A stretch of DNA of 52,478 nt, the filler included, from Sphacelaria rigidula (lineage: Eukaryota): the NCBI GenBank assembly GCA_964200075.2. It is 3 parts of 3 records of this genome, joined end to end, with 100 filler letters (N's around TTAATTAATTAA, not from the genome) between each part and the next. Parts side by side here need not be neighbours in the genome. Positions count along the whole stretch, not along the records: positions 17,530 to 34,954 come from CAXNAA020001088.1; positions 35,055 to 52,478 come from CAXNAA020001089.1; 1 more part is not named here. One strand, written 5' to 3'. Below, piece after piece: positions 24,898 through 35,165 of this stretch. The notes beneath the pieces are model-generated. The model was not told the DNA's origin and made no database searches. It saw only the letters and a program-made list of their open reading frames with translations. The position numbers were made by a program, and so were the translations under genes. Each line of letters starts with the position of its first letter. Position 1 is the first letter of the stretch.

Positions 24898-27800
24898 GAT
24901 GTATGTTATTTATTTTCGTCTGACTGCACTGCTTACTCCTACACTCAGTGTGTTGAGTACACCACTTTTCCTTGGTAGCAACATCTCATTCATGGGGAGG
25001 TGTTGCAAAAATCTAGACGATGTAGTCTATCTTCATTGCATTTGAATTAAGTCGATGCAACAAAGATATGCGATACAACCTGTTGCGGTTCAACGGAACC
25101 ACGAACCATGTAGCACCGTTTCAATAGTATCTTTTTCACGGAGAGTACCTCTTTTATGTTGATCTTCAGTCTAATTGTTTTTGGTTGACTTTTAAAGTAG
25201 GATATTGCTGGAGTAGGCTTGTTGTCACGATTTGTCCATGAAAGATACTCTAGCAGAGTATTTAGGCCACGTAAGCTGTGAGATATCTTGTGTGCAAGAT
25301 TGCAGCTGATCTAAGCTAAATAGCTGACAAGGCTACCGCATCAGCAGTAGCAAGGTTGAATTATACGACTTGATCCTACAGACGTGTAGAGGTCGTTGCT
25401 TTTTGTTCCAGGATTGAGTATGCTTGGATTCGGTGGCCTCTACCGCCCTTGCAATCACACTCCCAAGCTTACCCAGCTCTCCTCTGCTTCCACAGCCCTC
25501 TGCTTGCGAAAAAGACTGCTGGATTTTGTTTGCCCGAGTAAAGAGCCCCAAACACAATTTATTTGTTTCTTTTACTTTTCGTCTGCTGCAGAAGCAAGCG
25601 TCCCGCGCATTCCATCCCGACTTCGTAGGGATGCGAGGTCGATGGTCATACGATCGCGACATGCAAAATCATGCGTACCCCTCCCCCACCCCTCCCCCTC
25701 CCCCCTCCTTTCCCCCTTCGGGTACCCGGTGCGGGCGGTAGGGAGTGTGTCGTTGAGATATCACATACATGCCATCTTCTACCAACAGAACTGCTACAGA
25801 AATAGTTGTGTCCAACCGACCGATGTCTACGTTCTAGAAGTTGTTCGTTCAATTTCATTTCACTGCACCGAATGTAAAATAAACAGGACATACATATCAA
25901 CAAGACAGGAATCTTTTTGCTCGACGGCCAATATACGTTTCGATCACAATCGGTCACCCACTCCCCCTAACACATGGACGTATTACACGGCCTACCCTCA
26001 CCACCCCTTCATCTCTCGCGCCAGTCAGTATGCCTACGGCCGCCCAGGGCACTGCCCAGTCTATTCCTAACCTTACTTCAGATAGTAGTATCAACTCTTC
26101 TCCAACTGTAAAGTATCGTACGCCTAGTGGCCGAGTTGATGTCTCTCCCTCTTTAGAGCTTCCTTCGCCCGTCGGCACTGCCACCACATCGACTAGCGGA
26201 GTTGATATTTCTTCAACTGCAGAGTCTCGTTCTCCTAGTAGTGGAACTGATTTCCTCCCTCTGACAAAGCAGCCTCCGCGTCAAGAAGATATGCTTTGTA
26301 TTGTGCCCCTGATATTGGCTGATAGTCTGTCTCCCCCGCAGGTGTTGTGCCTTCCCCCCTCGGTGTTTGTGTCCCACTCGCTTCCCCAGTCAGCATTACA
26401 CCTGTTCTCCTAGGTGTTTGTGTCCAACCCACTTCTCCGACAAGCGATGTACCATTTGTATGGACTGTCCCGCGTATGCAGCTTCTGCAACCGTCGACAA
26501 ATCCGCTTGACGAAGGGGGGGGGGGGGCGTACTCATTTGTTGCTTGCCTTAGTCATTTGACCATTGACCACTTCGGGGGGGGGGAGGGATTTGCTACCGT
26601 CGCCGACCCGCCAGCACGCCCGCAGCCGCTGAATCACACGCTGAGTCACGCGCTGAAACTCGGGTCGCCGCTGAGTTCATTGATACCGCCACTAACAACC
26701 CTGCAACCGACGCCGTTGCCGTTGCCGCCGACTTCATCAATACCGGCGCCGACAACCCCGCAGCCGAAGCCATTGCCGTCGACTTTATCAATACCGTTGC
26801 CGAGAACCGCGTAGTCGATACCACTACCATCGATGCCATCGATACCGCTGTAGACACCACCGCCGACAACGCCACAGCGGCTGCCGCTTTCACCTACTTT
26901 GTCGACAACGCCACAGCTGCTCTCACTATTGCCGTAGAAGTGCACGGTGAGGGCTCCTATATTTTGTATGAGCGTGGCCGTTACTTCGAGGTGACGCGTG
27001 CGCTTGTGATTGATACTGACTGGCTCATGTAGGCTTTATTTCTTTTGTAGACAGGTATCGATGTCCACTTCCCCCAAATATGGTGCCCAAAATCTGCCCT
27101 GCTTCACCCCCATACCTAGACTCACATCGTCAAGCTCCGTATACCCCATGTCACTAGTGAAAATGAGGCGGATCCCAAACATGTGCGACTGACTCCTGGA
27201 ATGTGTGCGGCGCTGCAGCCATCGAAGCATGGGTACGAATGATTGTTTCCGCCGCCCGCATCCAGCCCTTAACCTGAGCCGTAGCAGTAACATTTTGCTT
27301 CACTGTTGCGAGATACTGCTAAAGTCGTCATGTCCACGTGTTTCGAGACTTGAAGGTTCCGGTCAATCGTATTTGCGAGCATATGTCGTTGACACGATGC
27401 ATCTCTTGTGCGTAGCACAACGACAGCCGAAGCACTTTTGTCGTCCGCGCCGGAGCCGTTTGCGCGGTGCCATGGATTGAACGATGGCTCCGGGCTGCAC
27501 GCATGTCTTCCAGGTGTTTTTGTGTCGTGCGGAACTCGTGGGGCAAACGCTGGCAGTTATTCAAATTGACGTCCATGGCTGTAGCTAAATCCATGCACGC
27601 CCATGGCCGTGATCAACTCCATGGACATTCATGGATGTAGCATGGCCCTACTTTAGTAGTTCGCGGATATTGTGAGTGTCCGGATATCAGGCGGGCTTCT
27701 TCCTTCGCGAAGCGGTATAACCAAAATGGCGTGTCGGTTGGCTGCGGGCTATATCCACCGGTCGAAAACACCTGGCTTTCGTCCCAGCTCACTGCAGAGC

Positions 27801-30442
27801 TGCGGTGAGCTACATGAATATGTTGAATCGATCCCGTGCACGGCCGTGCGTCGAAGTGCAGCCACTCCAAAACGTGACCCCGTCCCAAAATGTGGGGGCT
27901 GTGCATCGCCTCCCTTTCGCCATTGTGCGAGTGCGGTTGCGGTATGGAGCATACTAAAACCAAGTAATTTGATGATTTGATACTACAATGAAACCCAGCA
28001 ACTGATTCAATATTAAAAACAAATGGCTTTTGACTACACACCGAATTTCGAATACCCACATAATTCAAGTGATATGCTGGGGGAGGAGTAACGCGCATAG
28101 AGGGTCACAATGACACTGACGGCATAATGAACACAAAGTCATAACGTAACCATGGATACCATTGATATTTCTCGAGATCTCGTGACGGTAGCCTCCGACT
28201 CATTTACGTGCTTTTGGTCCGATCATTGAGCAGATTCAGATTCTTGGCGGAGGCCGCCAACCCGCTTCCTCGGAGCATCGCACACCCTTGTACGGACACG
28301 GTCAAGGTGGTGTCGGAAAATCCACCGTCACCCAAGTCACCTGAAACCACATCACCGCGAGTATATTTATCCAAATCATCGCGCATCAAAGCCAGTCTCA
28401 CAGTCACATCACGACAACCCCATGAGCTTGGTCCAGGTGATATGAGAAACTTCAACGTCACGGGAATCACCGCGTGAGCTCTAGTATTTTGTTGCGGATC
28501 CAGATCGCTAGCCAAATTCCGATCGGGTTGATGGGCGTGCATGAAGCGATCCCCGAGGGACTCAGCCATGGTCTCAAGATACATTTCCCCAAGGACGCTC
28601 GCTAGGAGAGAGTAATGGTGGAATGAAGGAAATGAACTAAAAACCCAAATCTAAGACAAGAATGATGAGAAAAAAGAAAAGGAAAAGCAGAAAAGGGAAG
28701 GAGAGAAATGAAGAGGAGATAAAAGGGGAAATGCAGGCCCGATGGGAAGAGAGCGTGCGTGCGATCGACCTGCAACAGTGCATTTTCTTGTGCCGGAAGG
28801 CCCTCACGGTGGAGCAAAGTAACTGCACGATGCGCAAGCCGCCGCGCTGGTACAACCTACCCTTGCATTCTCGATGGCCGTAGATGCACGTAAAATGAAA
28901 TGAATGTCGCTCCGTATTCTGCGCATCATGTGGTTACATGCACGCACTACCCGCTGAAAGATCAAGCACAGCACAGATAATCGCCGTGGCTTTTCTGCAG
29001 CAAGTCGTCATCCCACCGCACGATGTAAATATAACCTCGCGGAAGCCACCTACTTCGGTATATGTTCATCGAGCTAGCCGCCAAAGAACTCTGACCGGGC
29101 AAAAAGCTAACCGTACAAAGCCCCCCAATCTATACAGATGCACACGGCGTTCACGTTATTCGACGGTGCCGGCATTTTAGCTACACGCGCCCGCATCGCG
29201 CACTACTCCAGCTTCAGCCTCAAATTCAGCACCTTTTCCATATGCATCAGACACAAGTGTCACCACATAAAATACTTCGCGCCTCATTTCTCTGCCTCAA
29301 CTTTGTGCTGTATCATTCCTGCCCCCCTCCTCCATTCTCTGTTTACTCCTCCTACTCCCCCCCCCCCCCATATCCTTCCCCTTTCCGATTCCATCCCCCA
29401 CACCCAACCTCTTCTCTCCTGGCACACTCCTGTCCTCCTTGCTCCCATTTCCGCTCGATGTGTCTCCTATTCTTGCAAACGTTGGTGAGGTCACCCTTTG
29501 GCCATCGCCGGGGGCGTTGAGCCACTCATCATTCAACACCTGAGGTGATGATGTGTGTCTAGATAGTGGGCGGTTGCTTCTGCTTTGCAGAGGAAGGAGT
29601 GATGCTGAACCTCAAGGTCGTACTACGAAGCTGCACTACGTATTGTTTGCTCACTGCACATCACGTCGTACATTATACGCGTTTTGTGCGCTATTGGATA
29701 TTCATATACTTGGTTTGCACTAATATGGGCTTTGTCGTCTAAAGCGCCTCTAAAAGGTCCGAAGGCCCCTGTGTGTGCTCTGGAATAACGTCCTCATGTA
29801 CGATTGTCGCGGTTATTTTCGAGCCGGGGTAAATATCGAGAATAGACGGACCACGAGGTTCCGCGATTGGGTGGCGATATTTTCCGCGCTGCATACTCCG
29901 ACATCTTTATTTCCGCCGTGATCGGGTGGTACTGAGATCTCTCCCAATGTTTGCGTTCACCATCATCCTGATGCTTCATCAACGTGTTCTCCCTGTTGGG
30001 ATTTGAGAAATAACAGTTCCGAATATACATACTCAAGGTTAGTGGTAAAACCATTTACGGTCCATCATTAGAACAAAGATCGTAGTAGTAACCGAAGAGG
30101 CGGAATATTCGTCGTGGAACAATGAATAGCTCATGTACTGTATAGCTCGTATACAGAAAATCAGCATATTGTCAGAATTGAGAAGAGTTGAGTACGAAGA
30201 GTCTAAAGTGTCAACAGTTTGGATAAACAATTTTATAGTGTCCGAGAGGTTTGTCGAGAGATTAAAATAGCCCTAAGCGATCACTCTCCAAAGCGATCCA
30301 CCTCAAGTAAGCCTACCAGCTTGTCATCAGTTTTCTATAGAGTAGAGCCTCAAAGTCTTTGATTTGAGTTCGGCCGAGTGAAGCGCCAAGCTTGACCTAT
30401 TCTTTCTTTTATTGCACAAGCAAGTTTGGACGAAAATATCAC

Positions 30443-31027
30443 AGAAATAGCCTTCAATATTGCAAACAAGCCCGTTCAGCGGCCGCCGGACCGAACGCCG
30501 GAAGCCATCACCTACCTAATGAAGATACTGAGCAAATAGGTTGTCGACAGGCCACGGATACAAGAGGTACGTGGAAAACGAAGGTGTTTCCAGCGTGGGG
30601 TTGTTGGAAATATCTGTGGCTGTCGTAACTTGTGTACAAAATGCACAGTGTTCGACTGTCAACGTGACAGGAACCATTGGTTCAACTAGTGAACCCAGCT
30701 CTGACACGAGGGCTCACAGAGGCTGTACAGAATCCAACACTGTACAGCCTCTGAGAGTTCTCTTGTCAGAGCTGGGTTCACCAGTCGAACCAAATGTTCC
30801 TATCACGTTGACAGTCGAACACTGTACATTTTGGGCCCAAGCCACGACGGCCACAGATATTTCCAACAACCCAACGCTGGAAACACCTTCGTTTTCCACG
30901 TATCTCTTGTATCCGTGGCGTGTCGACAACGTGTTTGCTCAGGATCTTCATGAGGTAGGTGATTGCTTCCGGCGTTCGGTCCGGCGGCGGCTGAACCGGC
31001 TTGTTTGCAATATTGAAGGCTATTTCT
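30443..31027. repeat. Long inverted repeat (288-bp arms, 9-nt loop)
   Basis: Arms 30443-30730 and 30740-31027 pair with no net indel and roughly 90% identity by eye. Looser pairing extends to ~30423/31050. Confidence 0.97.
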
Positions 31028-31056
31028 TTGGAATTGTCGCCCGCAAACGGAAAAAT
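30904..31056 (-). pseudogene. Protein kinase C-lobe pseudo-exon (subdomains IX-XI) forming a hairpin arm
   Basis: Reads IFPFAGDNSKEIAFNIANKPVQPPPDRTPEAITYLMKILSKHVVDTPRIQE after a pyrimidine tract and AG. Its donor is mutated (AT). The + strand mirror copy keeps DRPRIQE|GTACGT but has an in-frame TAG. Confidence 0.7.
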
Positions 31057-31140
31057 CTTGGGGCTGAATCAGAGGGAGGGAGAGAAGGAGGGGGGAGGGG
31101 GCGCGCGGGAGGGATGGACGATGGGCGGTTTCCAGCACTC

Positions 31141-31229
31141 ATTGATGGGAGTAGTACATTGTGGGGATTCCAAACCTCAAAGATTAGCTACGTGGCTGAT
31201 TGTCTCACAATGATCCATTCCTCATCAAT
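31141..31229 (+). ncRNA. Candidate pre-miRNA-like stem-loop
   Basis: ATTGATGGGAGTAGTACATTGTGGGGA pairs with TCTCACAATGATCCATTCCTCATCAAT, including G-U pairs on the + strand. No expression evidence. Confidence 0.3.
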
Positions 31230-32151
31230 ACACGTGTAGTCTTTCGATTAACATGGATAACCAAGGAGAATAAACGAACACACTACTTCGCTTCGACGGC
31301 GAATCAAAATATGCTGACCAAATATAGGGGGGAAGGAGACGAAAGACATCAATGAACCGAAGACGCTGATGGACGAGAAATGGCGCACGGGAAAACCCTG
31401 ACGAGCGACATGGGCATAAAAGTGTTTTCAACAAACGAGGCCGCGGATAGAGATTGAGCTTCAGTTATCCGGGAACAGCATGACACGGAGCCTTTCATGC
31501 ACCAAACCTGAAGCAATGACAAACAGTCATTATTACACATACAGGGAGAGAGAAAAACGACGGAGATTGATAACAGAAGAGGGGAACCATTGTGATGTAC
31601 TTGAGAGAAGTAAGGAACAATCGGCAGCGCAAGCCAATCATGGCAACCTCAGGGTTCCCCTCTTCGCTCCTAGTCAGTCACAAAGCGATCCACTCTCTCG
31701 ACCGTTTCAATCTTGTTTAGCGTCGGAAGCAGCAGCTACGGCGAGTTGGAATGGCAGATTGCAGAGGGATGTTTGCATACGTAGGGCGCAGACGGCTGGA
31801 AGAGGACAGGGGGAGAAACGTTCTACACCTGCCAGCTATTATGAACGGTGTGTAGCGGCGGAGGTAGAAAGTGCAGAAGGGATCGACGTTTTGCTGATTG
31901 TTTGATTCAGGTGGAGGAATATGGAAGTAATGCCGCAAGACAGACGGGTCACCCTGTGGGTATTGGTTAGCTTCTTGCTTTGTTGACACACTCCGAAATT
32001 TCGCTCTACTCTCATCGATATCACCACCTCACCTCACCGGAAGCTCCTACACGGCTCACAAGCACAAAGCCCGCTAGCTCTGAACGACTCTGCTCGCCTA
32101 CTCAGCATCAGGTGGAGACAGATGCTCAAGCTCCATACATCTACGGGGAAC

Positions 32152-32595
32152 AAGACGGGATCTTACAAACTGGGGATAGATCTTTGATTGGGGATGAGAA
32201 ACCCGGAGAATTAAAATCTTCGTATCCACACCAAATTTTCGAGATATGGTTCCATTTCCTCATCTACTGATGTGTATTGACAACTGCTACACGCCATAGA
32301 GATTTGGATTCCGGTCACCGAAATGTTGGGGCCCTGAGTGTAAAACTAATTTTGAGGACTTTCGGGTGTCCGAACGGACACAAAAAAGGTTCCGGAATTG
32401 GTTTTTCACCCGGGACCCCAAACTTTCGGTGATCGAAAACGAAATTTCTAGGACGTGTATCAGGTGTCAATACCTATCCGTAGGCGAAGAAATGGAACCA
32501 TATTCCGAAGATGTGGTGTGGTTATGGATATTTTAATTCTCCGGGTTTCTCATCCCCATCAAAAGATCCATCCCCAAATTGTAAGGTCCTGTGTT
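32152..32595. repeat. Long inverted repeat (220-bp arms, 4-nt loop)
   Basis: Centre GTGTCC-GAAC-GGACAC (loop 32372-32375). Shared blocks such as GGGGATGAGAAACCCGGAGAATTAAAAT, no net indel, more diverged than the 30443 hairpin. A looser outer stem reaches ~32040/32680. Confidence 0.93.
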
Positions 32596-32992
32596 AAACC
32601 CGTCGCCGTTACTGCGCTGGCGATCGTCAGCAAGCTCGAGGGCTTGATACGTTGGTGAGCCTTTGGAGGTTTGGAAGAGTACCGGAGAAGAGATAGCTTA
32701 GTATATCACGAGTTTACACCACCATACGGTTTGAAGCCGAGGCGTTTCATGTTGAAACCAAACTCATGAATGATCGTGTTTGGATCGAGCAAAACCTTGA
32801 CGCGGCCATCGATGAACCGAACGATGAAGATGGCAGCGTGACCATCTTCGACTGCGGCGCACCTTTGACATCACCACCTTCGAAGCGGGCACAACTAACT
32901 CTCGCACGACTTTATTGAAACTGAACAACGGTACCACATGACAACAGTTGAGACACCACCCGATCGGTACGCGTTCACTATTTTGTGCACAA

Positions 32993-34508
32993 AATGACCA
33001 GGTAGCATACCCTCACGACCACAGGGTCCTTCACGGCGACGTGAAGCTAGCAAACGCCGTGCTAGATGCCAGCTGGCAGAACGCGAAGCTCATTGACTTC
33101 GGCTTTAGCAGGATGATCAAAGAAGGTCTTCTGACCCATTCTTGTGGCGAGTATACATTGTGTTCTATCCACAGGGAAGCAGCATTCATCAAATTGATTA
33201 TGCGCTCGAAAGGCGCAGAAAACCTCAGGCTGGACTACGGTAAAAGAAGGCGAGCCACGTACTGGGAACCGTACGGCAAGGTCAGCACCTACCTGATGGC
33301 CGGAAATCGGGTGTTATTTTCCCACAACATGTAATCCAACGTGATCCAGTGGATTGTGCGTATCGTTCCCCAGCCAACCAGCAAATCAAGTACGCGGCTC
33401 ACCTTCTTTTACCGTAGTCCTGTGATGCGTGAGAGGACCGCGTGCTTAGAGGACCGCATCTGAATTTGAACATCCCTATGGTTGGGGTTAGGGTTAGGGT
33501 TAGTGTTGGGGTTAAGATCAGGGGCGTGGTTTCTGCAGGGACTGGTCCGATTAGTTTTGAGAACGTCGATCCTGGGGTGTTTTGGACAACGGCGCGGTCC
33601 TCTAAGCACGCGGTCCTCTCAGGCATTACAGTCCAGCCTGAGCTTTTCTGCGCCTTTCGAGCGCAGAATCAATTTGTTGAATGCTGCTTCCCTGTGGATA
33701 GAAGACAATGTACACTCATCACGAGGATAGGTCAGAAGACCTCTTTTTAGTATCTTGCTGAAGCCGAAGTCGATGAGCTTCACCCTCCGGCATCTGGCGT
33801 CCAGGACGGCGCTTGGTAGCTTCACGTCGCCGTGAAGGACCATGCGGTCGTGAAGGTATCATACCTGGTCATTATGTTCCTCATAATGACCAGGTACGAT
33901 ACCTTCACGGCTACAGGGTCCTTCACGGCGACGTGAAGCTAGCAAACGCCGTCCTAGATGCCAGCTGCCAGAGCGTGCACAAAATGACCAGGTAGCATAC
34001 CTTCACGGCTACAGGGTCCTTCACAGCGACGTGAAGCTAGCAAACGCCGTACTAGATTCCAGCTGTCAGAGCGTGAAACTCATCGACTTCGGCTTCAGCA
34101 AGATACTAAAAAGAGGTCTTCTGGTCTATCCTCGTGGTGAGTATACATCGTCTTCTATCCGCAGGGAAGCAGCATTCAACAAATTGATTATGCACTTGAA
34201 AGGCGCAGAAAACCTCAGGCTGGACTACGGCAAAAGAAGGCGAGCCACGTACTCGGGACAGTACAGCGAGGTCAGCACCTACCTGATGGCCAGAAATCGA
34301 TGTTATTTCCCCACAACATGTAATCCAACATCATCCAGTGGATCATGCGCATCGTTCCCCAGCCAACCAGCAAACCAAGTACGTGGCTCGCCTTCTTCCA
34401 CCGAAGTCCAGCCTGAGGTTCTTCTGCGTCTTTTGGGCGCAGAATCAATTTGTTGAATGCTGCTTCCCTGTGGATAGAAGACAATGCATACTCTAGTATC
34501 TTGCTGAA
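32993..34508. pseudogene. Protein kinase catalytic-loop/DFG exon fragments in alternating orientations
   Basis: VLHGDVKLANAVLD...KLIDFGFS copies: + 32993-33263, - 33389-33873 (with MITE), + partial ~33882-33975, + ~33983-34253, - partial ~34378-34508. GTGAGT donor retained at ~34137. No complete kinase ORF. Confidence 0.9.
33421..33630. mobile_element. 210-bp MITE with TGT...ACA ends, 37-bp TIRs, 4-bp TSD and internal telomere-like repeats (Ginger-like)
   Basis: TIR TGT(G/A)ATGC(G/C)TGAGAGGACCGCGTGCTTAGAGGACCGC. TSD GTCC at 33417-33420 and 33631-33634. The empty site AGTCCAGCCTG is present in the paralogous copy at ~34405. GGGTTAGGGTTAGGGTTA at ~33485-33502. Confidence 0.9.
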
Positions 34509-34954
34509 TATCTCTGCGGGCCGCCCCCCCGCTGGGGTGGGCCCACACCTAACAGCGGTCTTAGCCCACAAATAGACCACTGAACCGACAACAGAGTGGC
34601 AGGAAACGAGGTGAGAGATACGAGACCTAGTCTCGTGTCGCTGCGGATCCTGAGTTTGGCCGATAGAAATCACGAACATCACGACCAACGTGACTTGTAT
34701 CGCACCAAACCTGTCGGTAGAAACCATCCCCCCCCGACTGCCCATACTGGAGTGAGCAGGAGTCTACCACGGATCTTAAACCACGAAACACCATTCGACA
34801 ACAACAGTAGAGACACGAGCCCGAGCATCGTATCCGCGGGGAGCCTAAGTTGAACGTTAGGGAGCACAGAGATCGCCATATATACCTGTAACAACAAATT
34901 GTGCGAATTGAGGTTTAACTTCGAGATGAGGCTCAAGCCCAAAACAGTGCTTTC

Positions 34955-35054
34955 NNNNNNNNNNNNNNNNNNNNNNNNNNNNNNNNNNNNNNNNNNNNTT
35001 AATTAATTAANNNNNNNNNNNNNNNNNNNNNNNNNNNNNNNNNNNNNNNNNNNN
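34955..35054. other. Artificial contig spacer
   Basis: 44 N + TTAATTAATTAA + 44 N. Confidence 0.97.
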
Positions 35055-35124
35055 TTTGCTTCCTTGCGGTTCTGGTAGTGGGTTGTGGTGGGGTGTGGGG
35101 GGGGAGGGGGGGGGGGGGGGGGGT

Positions 35125-35165
<41 letters not shown>

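Noticed and set aside
30541-31239. 232-aa ORF as a real protein
   Set aside because: It runs through a palindrome and its halves are mirror translations, so it is a by-product of the hairpin.
33480-33515. Telomere or chromosome-fusion scar
   Set aside because: Only about three perfect units, enclosed in a MITE with TIRs and a TSD.
32948-34456. Functional protein kinase gene
   Set aside because: Only one exon is repeated in both orientations, with substitutions in conserved motifs (e.g. HSD, KLPS) and no N-lobe or APE exons.
17430-35054. TTAATTAATTAA motifs as biological elements, and a primase-TRAIP-NDC80 cell-cycle gene cluster
   Set aside because: The motifs are six-frame-stop linkers centred in exact 100-bp N spacers. 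NDC80 is on a different contig, so clustering cannot be claimed.
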